Source: Armatimonadota bacterium
Lineage (GTDB): Bacteria; Armatimonadota; UBA5829; DTLH01
NCBI GenBank assembly: GCA_039679675.1
Contig: JBDKUN010000046.1
Span: forward strand, 1-49,904
DNA length: 49,904 bases
Direction: 5' to 3'
Shown piece by piece: positions 1 to 8,999 of the stretch. The position numbers and the translations under genes are program-made. The notes beneath the pieces are model-generated. The model was not told the DNA's origin. It was given only the letters and a program-made list of their open reading frames with translations, and searched no databases. Numbering within the stretch: the stretch's first letter is position 1; each line of letters starts with the position of its first letter.

Positions 1-121
1 GAGGGCGACGAAAATGGCAAAATCGAACACCGGCAATGGCTGCAGGACTTACAGATCATATATGGACAATGCGGGAACTGGTATCCTACAGGCCACCGCC
101 AAGTTAGTTAATGCCACTACC
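1..121 (+). mobile_element. Right end of an IS1-family insertion sequence (truncated by window edge)
   Basis: Frame 3 (3..107) reads [34 protein letters not shown]. [14 protein letters not shown] is a C-terminal motif I recognise from IS1-family transposases. It is followed by TTAATGCCACTACC (108-121), whose reverse complement starts GGTAGT, like IS1-family GGT termini. Confidence 0.72.
3..107 (+). CDS. IS1-family transposase, C-terminal fragment (5' part outside window)
   Basis: Open frame from window edge to TAG at 105-107 containing [14 protein letters not shown]; not in the ORF track because it lacks a start codon. Confidence 0.72.
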   Translation, partial: GRRKWQNRTPAMAAGLTDHIWTMRELVSYRPPPS

Positions 122-162
122 CGAAAGGGAGAAAGTGGATTGATGGAGAATCGATAGGCGGA

Positions 163-240
163 TTTCGGGACAAGGGTGTCCCGAAACAACGGCAAATAGG
201 TGGATAATCGTGCTTCGGGACGAAAAGCGGTCCCGAAGCA
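163..240. repeat. Two TCGGGAC...GTCCCGA palindromic hairpins (REP-like family B)
   Basis: TTTCGGGACA-AGGG-TGTCCCGAAA (163-186) and TGCTTCGGGAC-GAAAAGCG-GTCCCGAAGCA (211-240); third copy at 1998-2022. Confidence 0.75.
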
Positions 241-254
241 TCAGGAAATATAGC

Positions 255-322
255 ACGTCACCCTGAACTTGATTCAGGGCCCATTCTTTTTCCTGGATTC
301 CGAGTCAAGCTCGGAATGACGT
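255..322. repeat. CGTC-tagged REP-like dimer (family A), copy 1
   Basis: ACGTCACCCTGAACTTGATTCAGGG...CTGGATTCCGAGTCAAGCTCGGAATGACGT: two hairpins bounded by CGTC/GACG; near-identical copies at 2030-2098 and 13127-13193. Confidence 0.85.
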
Positions 323-403
323 ATTCCTATTCCCTATTTCGTGTTTCTCCTATTTCGTTCTTTCGTGATTAAAAGCTTACGGCTCTAAAAAAAGGAGATA
401 CAC

Positions 404-1231
404 ATGCCACTTACCAATGTGGAGGAGAAGTCGATGCCTTCCGTTGAGGGGAAAAACATACACAATCCGAACAATAAGCGGGTTAAGCTCAGGGCGCAAG
501 ACTTGAGTCTTTTCTATGGTGATCTCAAGGCGCTCAAGAACATCAACGTGGACATCTACGAGAAGGAAATAACTGCACTTATAGGCCCGTCAGGCTGCGG
601 AAAATCGACATTCCTCCGTTCGCTCAATCGGATGAACGACCTGATACCATCCGCAAGGACCGTCGGTTCCGTGTTCATCGACGATACGAACATTTATAGC
701 CCGGATATAGACGTGGTAATGCTTAGAAAACAGGTCGGGATGGTATTTCAACGGCCGAACCCGTTCCCTATGTCAATTTTTGACAACGTCGCCTACGGTC
801 CCAGGATGCATGGGCTGCGGGACAGGTCGAAACTCGAAGAAATAGTGGAAGACACTCTAAAATCCGCCGCGCTGTGGAACGAAGTAAAGGACAAGCTGAA
901 GAAATCGGCGTTTGACCTCTCCGGCGGGCAGCAGCAGCGGCTTTGTATCGCGCGTGTACTCGCTGTCGAGCCTGATGTCGTACTTATGGACGAACCTGCA
1001 TCGGCGCTCGACCCGATTTCTACGTTCAAGATCGAAGAGCTGATGGTAGAACTGAAACAGCGTTATACGGTCGTCCTGGTCACACACAATATGTATCAGG
1101 CATCACGTGTATCGCAACGGACAGGGTTCTTCCTCTCAGGCGAGCTTGTCGAGATCGACAACACCGCACAGATATTCGAAAAACCTTACGATAAACGCAC
1201 TGATGATTATATAAGAGGCCGTTTCGGCTGA
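404..1231 (+). CDS. pstB: Phosphate ABC transporter ATP-binding protein
   Basis: Walker [51 protein letters not shown]-terminal YIRGRFG; next to phoU. Alternative ATG at 434 also has an SD. Confidence 0.97.
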   Translation: MPLTNVEEKSMPSVEGKNIHNPNNKRVKLRAQDLSLFYGDLKALKNINVDIYEKEITALIGPSGCGKSTFLRSLNRMNDLIPSARTVGSVFIDDTNIYSPDIDVVMLRKQVGMVFQRPNPFPMSIFDNVAYGPRMHGLRDRSKLEEIVEDTLKSAALWNEVKDKLKKSAFDLSGGQQQRLCIARVLAVEPDVVLMDEPASALDPISTFKIEELMVELKQRYTVVLVTHNMYQASRVSQRTGFFLSGELVEIDNTAQIFEKPYDKRTDDYIRGRFG

Positions 1232-1255
1232 TTATGAAAGGCGAGTTCTAGATAT

Positions 1256-1939
1256 ATGGACCACACAACGATCAGAAAAACATTCGATGCGCAACTGAAT
1301 GATCTGGAACAGCAGGTCCTCAAGATGGGAAGCTTTGTTGAGGGAATGCTCGACTCCGCAATGCAGGCGCTCGTCAGACAGGATAAAAACCTCGCGGATG
1401 AAGTTATCCATCGTGATGATATAGCCGACCAGATGGACCTCGATATAGAAGTTGCCTGCATACGACTTCTTGCGCTGCAGCAGCCGATGTCGAAGGACCT
1501 TAGGATAATAAGCACCGCTCTAAAAATCATAACGGACCTTGAGAGAATCGGTGATTACTCGGTCGATATAGCCCGCGCCGCAAAGCTGCTTGCGGATGAG
1601 ACCTACTTCAAGCCGCTCGTCGATCTTCCGAGGATGGCCGAACTGACCAAGAAGATGGTTCGGGATGCTCTGCAGGCATTCGTGGAACGCAGTATCGACA
1701 AAGCGCTGAAAGTCTGTGAGGATGATGACGCCATCGATCACATAAACCGCAGGCTGCTTGATGAGCTGATGGATTTCATGAGAAAAGACCCATCTCTGAT
1801 CAGACAGGCTGTCCACTTCGTGCTCATCAGCCGCTATCTGGAGCGAATCGCCGACCATGTGACAAACGTTGCAGAGAGAATAGTCTACATGGAGACCGGA
1901 GAGTTCCAGCAGATAGCCAAGAGCCATCAGGGGACATAG
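1256..1939 (+). CDS. phoU: Phosphate signalling complex protein PhoU
   Basis: LALQQPMSKDLR, DLERIGD and YLERIADHVTNVAERIVY PhoU repeat motifs; follows pstB. Confidence 0.96.
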   Translation: MDHTTIRKTFDAQLNDLEQQVLKMGSFVEGMLDSAMQALVRQDKNLADEVIHRDDIADQMDLDIEVACIRLLALQQPMSKDLRIISTALKIITDLERIGDYSVDIARAAKLLADETYFKPLVDLPRMAELTKKMVRDALQAFVERSIDKALKVCEDDDAIDHINRRLLDELMDFMRKDPSLIRQAVHFVLISRYLERIADHVTNVAERIVYMETGEFQQIAKSHQGT

Positions 1940-1997
1940 CCGTCAACCTTCAGCTCTTTGAAGCACGAAATAAGATTGGTGGAGACTTGTAGGTCAG

Positions 1998-2120
1998 GTA
2001 TCGGGACAAGGTGTCCCGATACAACAAGCACGTCACCCTTGTATCTTGATTCAGGGTCCATTGTCTTCCTGGATTCCGAGTCAAGCTCGGAATGACGTTG
2101 TGGTAGTTCGGAATGACGTT
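1998..2120. repeat. REP-like composite copy 2 (family B hairpin + family A dimer with duplicated tail)
   Basis: GTATCGGGACAAGGTGTCCCGATAC (1998-2022), family A dimer 2030-2098, tail TCGGAATGACGTT repeated at 2087-2099 and 2108-2120. Confidence 0.85.
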
Positions 2121-2227
2121 ATCCTCATCAACTCTGAACTCTTAACTTTCATTTGCTGCTTCGCGGTTATTATGATAATATTGTTACGTTAATAGCACTG
2201 ATATTTGTCTATTCCTGAGGTTTTTCT

Positions 2228-3574
2228 TTGACACTCGACTCTCCTTCCTTCACCGTCTTCACCTGGGGCTGCCAGATGAACGAAGACGACTCCGCCCAGA
2301 TCGCGAGCCTGCTCATAAAGATGGGCTACCAGCCGACGAGCGACCTGACAAAGGCTGATGTCATAATGTTAAACACCTGTTCAGTCCGCGCAAAGCCGGA
2401 GCAGAAGGCCAAGAGCAAGCTCGGCGAGCTTCGCGAGATCAAAAAGGAAAACCCGGACCTGATAATCGGAGTCTGCGGCTGCATGGCACAGCGGCAAGCG
2501 GGTAAAATCCGACAATCAGCGCCTTATGTGGACATGATTGTCGGTACAGGGCAAATAGAGCAGATACCGGAGATGATCTGCAGCGTGATCCGCTCGCGTC
2601 AGCCGCTTTCGGCGCTGGAACTGCCGAGAGCCGCAGCAGACTCCCCCACCCTCCCCAAAAGAACGCTTAGAGAAGGGCCTATCGGCCTAAAAACATTCGT
2701 CCCCGTCACTTATGGCTGCGATAACTTCTGTGCATACTGCATCGTTCCATACGTCCGGGGCAAGGAAAGAAGCCGCCCATTAAGTGAGATCGTTGATGAG
2801 GTGCGGTTTCTTGCTGATTCCGGCTGCTGTGAAATCACACTTCTCGGGCAAAATGTGAACAGTTATGCTGCACCTGGCAAGCCCAGCGCGGACTTTGCCG
2901 ACCTCCTGGCTGCGCTTAATGACGTTGACGGCATCGAACGCATCAGGTTTACCACGAGTCATCCAAAGGACCTGTCCGACAAGCTGATCCGGGCGATAGC
3001 CGATGTACCCAAGGTCTGCGAGCATATCCACCTGCCCATACAAGCCGGGGATAACGAAACACTCCGACGTATGAAGCGCGGTTATACAGTCGAACACTAC
3101 AAAGAACGGGTAGAAACGCTCCGAAGCGCCGTACCTGAGGCGGCAATAACTACTGATATTCTCGTAGGCTTCCCTGGCGAGACTGAGGATGCGTTCAATA
3201 ATACACTTAAGTTAATAGAAGAAATCAGGTTCGACAGCGCATTCATGTTCGCATTCAATGCAATCGAACGAACAGCGGCGGCAGCCTTCCCCGATCAGTT
3301 GAGCTACAAGATCAAAAATGCCCGGCTGAATGAAGTTGTCCAGACACAGAACAGAATAACGCTGGAGATAAATAGCGAACAGGTCGGACAGGAGTTCGAG
3401 GTAATGGTGGAGGGGCGGAGTCCCAAAAACCCAGACCGGCTGACCGGACTCACCAGGCAAAACAAGACCGTTAATTTCCCCCTGTCATCCGCCACAGCCG
3501 GAAAAACCGTAACAGTCCGCGCAGCGGAAGCCCATCTCTACGGCTTCACAGGCGAGATTACGAATGACAGATGA
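2228..3574 (+). CDS. miaB: tRNA-2-methylthio-N6-dimethylallyladenosine synthase (radical SAM methylthiotransferase)
   Basis: UPF0004 motifs GCQMNE, NTCSVR, GCMAQ; radical SAM CDNFCAYC; RFTTSHP; C-terminal TRAM-like region; TTG start. Confidence 0.95.
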   Translation: MTLDSPSFTVFTWGCQMNEDDSAQIASLLIKMGYQPTSDLTKADVIMLNTCSVRAKPEQKAKSKLGELREIKKENPDLIIGVCGCMAQRQAGKIRQSAPYVDMIVGTGQIEQIPEMICSVIRSRQPLSALELPRAAADSPTLPKRTLREGPIGLKTFVPVTYGCDNFCAYCIVPYVRGKERSRPLSEIVDEVRFLADSGCCEITLLGQNVNSYAAPGKPSADFADLLAALNDVDGIERIRFTTSHPKDLSDKLIRAIADVPKVCEHIHLPIQAGDNETLRRMKRGYTVEHYKERVETLRSAVPEAAITTDILVGFPGETEDAFNNTLKLIEEIRFDSAFMFAFNAIERTAAAAFPDQLSYKIKNARLNEVVQTQNRITLEINSEQVGQEFEVMVEGRSPKNPDRLTGLTRQNKTVNFPLSSATAGKTVTVRAAEAHLYGFTGEITNDR

Positions 3575-3629
3575 TTGATTCCCCTTAAAAACACGTCGTA
3601 AATTTTCCATCAATTTGCCGCTATTATGC

Positions 3630-3658
3630 TGGACATTAATATGTCTGACTGCTATAAT
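3630..3658 (+). promoter_or_regulatory. Sigma70-type promoter upstream of the 731-aa gene
   Basis: TGGACA-17 nt-TATAAT with extended -10 TG; overlapped by palindrome GACAT-TAAT-ATGTC (3632-3645); GTCTGACT occurs at 3643 and 3674. Confidence 0.55.
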
Positions 3659-3855
3659 GTCCGCATAGAAACCGTCTGACTACACAATTACAGATCGAGA
3701 TGGTTTCATTTTGACAGGCTATTCACAAGATACTCTTACAGTATTAAGCAGATTTTCGAGTAGTAGGAGAAGTTTACATGTCGATATATCTGCAGTGATA
3801 GCTTTCACAAAACCGCAGCAAAACCCATCCGGGTACGATTCTTGGGGACTATATA

Positions 3856-6051
3856 ATGAACGCACTGCCTACCGGCCCATATGAGGTCGCCGACTTAGCC
3901 GGGCTGCAGCAGTATTTTTTGGATGTAGAGCGACTAAATTTCGATATTGCATGTAACTCATACTGCTCTATTCCACTCAAGGATGTCACTGAAAGCCTCT
4001 TGTTACCTTACCGTAGATTTGCATCGGAAGCAAAGTCACGCGGATATAAGGCTTGCATATACATCAATTCCATTATATCCTGCGGAGACGCGGTAGGAAT
4101 AACTGAAGCGCAGTATCGCCTGGATAACAGTCCCGCAAGATTAAGTGATAATTGTTTTCATGCGTCTCTTGCATCGACAGACTGGAGAAACTATCTAAAG
4201 GAATTAACCCGGCTGTTTGTCCAGGATTACGGTTATACCTGTGTAATCTTTGCTGACCCAATGCAATGCATAGACATCCCCGGCACGATGGACAGATTCT
4301 ATGAAAGATTCCTCAGTGCGTATCCTGATGTGAGTTATCCGAAAGAAAGATCGGAAACACCGGAATATCTTAAGTTACAGCAACTGAAAGCCGACGTTCT
4401 GATCGATTTCTGCAGGGACCTTTCAAGCCATGCAAAGAGTGTGGGTGCAGAACAAGTCGGCGTTATGCCCAGGATGTTTACCCCGGATGCAGAGATTGCC
4501 CATGAAGGCACATTAAGCACCTGCTGCGAAAGCGGACGGATCGCTGCATTACCCGACGTGGACTTTCTGGCAGTCCGGTTGAATCTGGATGATATATATG
4601 CGGGCAACTTGCGTACCGGTGATGAAATGGAGCGCTCGCCGCTCATTTGTTATGCGGAAGTCTTGTCTCACTGCGTCGGAAAGCCGGTAATGGCTATGAT
4701 CAGCACGGAGAAGGAATGTGGAAAGCAGACGAACACATCACAGATCCCCCAGGAATTTGTAGATAAGGCACTGCTCGCATCCACAGCCGCCGCACCGAAC
4801 GGACTGATGGCAAAATGGACCGGTACGGTAAACGATCAATCTGTTATTAGGAGCAATTTTCTTTCAAAGTCAAACCGCATGCTGGAAAGAACCGGCCTGC
4901 AGCGCACACCTATAGCATTTGTTATCTCGGAGACCGGGCTGAGGCACGCCGAGCCGTATTCGTATAAAACCGTCTGGCAGTTTTACTGGCAGATTGCGCG
5001 CCGTATTCTGTACTGTGAAAAACAGCCGATGCTTACCTTGTGCGCGGAGGCACTGGAAGAAAATCTATCCATGAACCCGCAGGTCAGTATTCTCCTGCTG
5101 GAAGAACATTTCCCGCTCACCAAATTGCAGATAGATTTTCTTGAACGATGGTGGACAGATGCTCCCGGCAGGTCGATTGTCATAATTGGAAGCGGAACAG
5201 GATTTTCAGCCGATCCCGATAAACCGGGCCTTCAACCGATTTCGGAATCTTTCCCCGGCTTATTGGACAAGCTAGGTATAAAGCAGGAATCTCCATATAC
5301 TATCAATACCGAAAAAGGCAACAAGGTAATATTAAAACGCCGCTATTGTGATCATTCCGCGCTGCCGCCGGATGAAATCGAACTGGATGAAGCGGGCATA
5401 GCCAATTCTCGGAGGATTTTTGGTTCACATAATAACGTGATGTATTCTGACTCCAATGACCGCCCGGTTATCACGAAGTGGTCTTCGGGAAGTTCACTGG
5501 GGTTCTTCTGCGGGCTGGATTCACATTCGGCTGCACCAATAGTAGCACGGATCATTCGGTATGCGCTCCATGCACACAAAGCGTTTCTATCACCGGTAAC
5601 ATCCTCAGACGATAACATGGTTCTATGGAACGGCACCAGGGATGGATATATCCTTGCAGTCAATTTCTCGGATAATACCGCTGATTTGTCCGTACACCGC
5701 CCGCCGTATACATACTGGGATGTCCTTGAGCAGCGGCTGGTAAGAGACTCTAAAGTAGAACTGAAGATGCCTCCATCATCTATGAGAACCTATAAGTGGA
5801 CCAACAAGACAGCAAAACTATACGATGTCGTACAAGCAGTCCATATAAAATCCATAGCAGCCGGTGCGGGACGGGCTGAGATCGTCCTTACGACAGGTCA
5901 GAAGACAGCTTTTATAGTGCGTAATGAACCACGCGAAATCCTGGTAGACGGCTCAGCCGCACAATTCCATGTCGAGCGCAGCGGTCCTTTCTGCGTGGTC
6001 AAACCTGTCGGAGTCAAACCCGGGGACCATATAATAATTCTCCGCTGGTAA
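3856..6051 (+). CDS. Uncharacterised 731-aa protein, possibly glycoside-hydrolase-like (barrel plus trimerisation-like domain)
   Basis: Long uninterrupted ORF; no catalytic motif recognised, fold guess is weak. Confidence 0.55.
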   Translation: MNALPTGPYEVADLAGLQQYFLDVERLNFDIACNSYCSIPLKDVTESLLLPYRRFASEAKSRGYKACIYINSIISCGDAVGITEAQYRLDNSPARLSDNCFHASLASTDWRNYLKELTRLFVQDYGYTCVIFADPMQCIDIPGTMDRFYERFLSAYPDVSYPKERSETPEYLKLQQLKADVLIDFCRDLSSHAKSVGAEQVGVMPRMFTPDAEIAHEGTLSTCCESGRIAALPDVDFLAVRLNLDDIYAGNLRTGDEMERSPLICYAEVLSHCVGKPVMAMISTEKECGKQTNTSQIPQEFVDKALLASTAAAPNGLMAKWTGTVNDQSVIRSNFLSKSNRMLERTGLQRTPIAFVISETGLRHAEPYSYKTVWQFYWQIARRILYCEKQPMLTLCAEALEENLSMNPQVSILLLEEHFPLTKLQIDFLERWWTDAPGRSIVIIGSGTGFSADPDKPGLQPISESFPGLLDKLGIKQESPYTINTEKGNKVILKRRYCDHSALPPDEIELDEAGIANSRRIFGSHNNVMYSDSNDRPVITKWSSGSSLGFFCGLDSHSAAPIVARIIRYALHAHKAFLSPVTSSDDNMVLWNGTRDGYILAVNFSDNTADLSVHRPPYTYWDVLEQRLVRDSKVELKMPPSSMRTYKWTNKTAKLYDVVQAVHIKSIAAGAGRAEIVLTTGQKTAFIVRNEPREILVDGSAAQFHVERSGPFCVVKPVGVKPGDHIIILRW

Positions 6052-6055
6052 TGGC

Positions 6056-8113
6056 TCACACACCTCTGTGTTTCATACAACGGTATATCAGCTCCCTGAG
6101 CTGCGTGCGCGTTAGGGCGTCCAGACTCTCGAACCCAGGGCCGGACTCGTCATACCTGATGGGAATATAGTAAGAGTCGAGGTTCTTCGACACACTCTCT
6201 ATTCTTCGCCAGGTGGATTCGGACAGTTCTCTGTCACCATCATAAAGCGCCTGATGATACTGCACCATAAGCGTCATCAAAGCCATTGTGTCGATCCCGT
6301 ATATGAGCAGCCGCCGGTCTTCACCTAAGTGTTTGGCGTATTTATTGGCCTGTTCGAGCTTGCGTGCCTGCACAGGGTTCACGGCAACCTGTGTCGAACC
6401 CGGCGTTCTTCTGGCAACAGCCGTCTGTTCGAGAGCGTAGCATTTCTCTATGATCTCCAGAGCTTCTTTGAGCAGACTGACCGAAGCCATTCCCTTGGAT
6501 ATTGCTTGCTTTGAGTCTCCCAGATGACTGTCCACTTCGAGCTCTTTCTCAGGTTTTGCGCCGTCCCAGCTTCGCAGGCTGGTCAATGCGCTTGCCCCCC
6601 ATGCCCGCCAACTGGCAGCGAGAAGCCAGGCTTCTTCTATGTTCGAATAGGCTTTACGCATATCGTCCGCATATGGGCCATACCAGTCCGTGAAGTATTC
6701 ATCCAGGAATGCGTCCACATCAGTGTCCGCGTCCCATATCAACTGAGCATACAAGGCCTGTGTGAGCGTTCTCATCGCCCAGTTGACTAATGGGATATGC
6801 ATATATGTCATACCGCGCACTCCCAATGAGTGATAAGCCTTAAGATCCCGTGCCATACACTCCGTAAAGAGGAGCGGCAGGTCTTCGAACTTCGATACGT
6901 TATAGTATTCGCCCAGCATTACAGGGATATTGCCGTCGCTTTTGTACCAACCGGCCAGCTCTTTGCCGTAGAGCGCGTTCCGGTCACATTCCGGGCTAAA
7001 AAGGCTGTGCTCATAGCACCTTTTGATCGGGTAAAAGACGACATAATCGCCGGAATCAATCAGATTAGCCGGAATAGGCTTAGTCGGAGCTTCCAGAGTC
7101 GAAGTACCTTCGTAGCTGCACATAACCAATGCAACTTTTCGGTCCAGTTCTCCTGCAGCGAGCGCATTATTGACCGATTCACGCAATTTCGAAAGAATAT
7201 GAAGCGTCTGGTCGGTGCCGTTTCCGAGTTTTTTGCAACCTTCGCATGAGCAGGTGCTCCCCCAGGTGTCCGGGCCCCACACATCTACCCTGTCCGAGTT
7301 CTTCCACTGCGTCTTTAAGAGCTTAATGAGCTCTTTTCCGATAAACTCAGCTGAATCTTCGTTGGAAGCGCAAACTTGAGTCGATAGCGCGTTCCCTTTT
7401 TTGCGGACGCCGCTTGAGGGCAGCCCGAACCAGTCGCTGTGCTCCTCCCAGAGAGTCTTGCCGGACGGCATTTCCCGATTCGGGTCCAAAATAGTCTCGA
7501 ATATATGACCGCCGGTCTTTGTGTCCAACCCGAGCTTTTCGCAGAACTTTGTGGTCGCAGGTCTGAACGCCGCAAGGTTCATCCGGTTGCGCGCCATCCA
7601 GAGATACAACTCGACAGAGTCCTTGGACATCCCCTCGAAGTCGAACCCGCGCCCGATATCCATCGACGGCGCATATTCTCGAATATTTTCTGGAAGAGTC
7701 AGAGCGTCCACAAGCTGCGGTGAGACTTCGCCGTCCTGCCCAAGCCCATACCACCGCCAGCCCTGCATTCTTAGCAGTTCATATGCTCCGTAAAGCACAC
7801 CAGTCCTGCCGGAGCCCTCAATGACAAGTCCTTCACCTTCCGGCACAAGCCGAAATACTCCATCGAGGCTTCCCGGGTTCTTCACTTCCAGTTTTATGAA
7901 CACGCCGGATTCAGGCTGGCTGGACGAGAACTCGACTGAACACTCGGAGAGAGTCCGCTCGATGTATTTTCTCAGCTCTACAGCCGCAAATGATGATGTG
8001 CAGCGAACAGCATGAAGAATATCTGACTGAAAATTGATAGATTCTTCGTCATGAGCCCAAATAGGCACTTCCTTAGCTGCATTTTCGAATGGAACCACGA
8101 TGGTAATTTTCAT
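6056..8113 (-). CDS. DUF4838-like putative glycoside hydrolase
   Basis: N-terminal GH20/GH67 domain-2-like segment (AAVELRKYI...IEGSGRTGVLYGAYELL..GWRW), WMARNRMN, CSCEGC, GEYY, LYAQLIWD...FLDEYF..WYGP. Confidence 0.7.
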   Translation of the reverse strand: MKITIVVPFENAAKEVPIWAHDEESINFQSDILHAVRCTSSFAAVELRKYIERTLSECSVEFSSSQPESGVFIKLEVKNPGSLDGVFRLVPEGEGLVIEGSGRTGVLYGAYELLRMQGWRWYGLGQDGEVSPQLVDALTLPENIREYAPSMDIGRGFDFEGMSKDSVELYLWMARNRMNLAAFRPATTKFCEKLGLDTKTGGHIFETILDPNREMPSGKTLWEEHSDWFGLPSSGVRKKGNALSTQVCASNEDSAEFIGKELIKLLKTQWKNSDRVDVWGPDTWGSTCSCEGCKKLGNGTDQTLHILSKLRESVNNALAAGELDRKVALVMCSYEGTSTLEAPTKPIPANLIDSGDYVVFYPIKRCYEHSLFSPECDRNALYGKELAGWYKSDGNIPVMLGEYYNVSKFEDLPLLFTECMARDLKAYHSLGVRGMTYMHIPLVNWAMRTLTQALYAQLIWDADTDVDAFLDEYFTDWYGPYADDMRKAYSNIEEAWLLAASWRAWGASALTSLRSWDGAKPEKELEVDSHLGDSKQAISKGMASVSLLKEALEIIEKCYALEQTAVARRTPGSTQVAVNPVQARKLEQANKYAKHLGEDRRLLIYGIDTMALMTLMVQYHQALYDGDRELSESTWRRIESVSKNLDSYYIPIRYDESGPGFESLDALTRTQLRELIYRCMKHRGV

Positions 8114-8126
8114 TTGAACTCCCGTC

Positions 8127-8987
8127 TCACTTGACCAGGTGCATAGCGTTCTCTGAAAGTATCTTCTGAAGAGTCTCTTCTGGCAGGTTCATTGAACGTA
8201 AAAATAACTGGTGGTTATTGTTAAAGCAGTCTCTTGCATAGAGGATTCTATTCTGAAATTCGAGCACAAAATCCCTGCCGAATGACGAATCTCTCTTGAT
8301 CGCATTGATGCCGGATGTGGCCGAGAGGTCGCACACGAGGTTATCATGCTGTCTTAACATAGAGATCAGCTTGCCTCCGGGTAATACGGGCCCCTCTGGA
8401 TATGTCGAACTCTTATACTGGTCATCACCCGATATATGCGCCCAGAAACCCGGCCCGTGGCCGATGAATATTGTGTCAGGACACCGTATCAAAGCATTTT
8501 CCAGAGAGTCCATGCTGCCGCCGTACCACCAGGGATAATCTCCTTCCGTACCCGCTGGATTTATCGCATATTCCATGTGTACAATCACCGGAAGGCCCGC
8601 CTTGCCGCAAAAATCGAAGAGTTCGATGGCTTCCGGTATATCGCACGGCATCCTCTGCTTCAACTCTCCGCAGATACGCACGTTATATTCAGCCATAGAC
8701 TTTTTCAGTGCATCTATGGCACCGGGCTTTCTTGGATCGGGCGCATATCCGAGAATGAACTTCTCCGGCACCTCTTTTGCGTAGGCAATACATCGAGAAA
8801 ACGGGATTGGCCCGGCTATGCCGTCCAGCGGAGGATAGCATGAGTTATATGCCGGGTCCCACTCGTCTTCGGGCGATTCCCAACTGAGCAGCCAGCACTT
8901 GTCGATGCCGAACTCAGCCATATTGGCAAGAAAGCGCGGCAGCTCGTAAGAGTACCAATCCGGGTGGTTATGTGCGTCTATTATCAA
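8127..8987 (-). CDS. Amidohydrolase family (Amidohydro_2) metal-dependent hydrolase
   Basis: IIDAHNH metal motif, GELK, PVIVH, FIGHGP, ILYARD. Confidence 0.85.
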   Translation of the reverse strand: MIIDAHNHPDWYSYELPRFLANMAEFGIDKCWLLSWESPEDEWDPAYNSCYPPLDGIAGPIPFSRCIAYAKEVPEKFILGYAPDPRKPGAIDALKKSMAEYNVRICGELKQRMPCDIPEAIELFDFCGKAGLPVIVHMEYAINPAGTEGDYPWWYGGSMDSLENALIRCPDTIFIGHGPGFWAHISGDDQYKSSTYPEGPVLPGGKLISMLRQHDNLVCDLSATSGINAIKRDSSFGRDFVLEFQNRILYARDCFNNNHQLFLRSMNLPEETLQKILSENAMHLVK

Positions 8988-8999
8988 AATCGTATCCCC

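Noticed and set aside
323..370. CCTATTTCGT direct repeats upstream of pstB as a Pho box
   Set aside because: No CTGTCAT/TT(A/T)ACA units with 11-bp periodicity; looks like low-complexity TTTCGT repeats.
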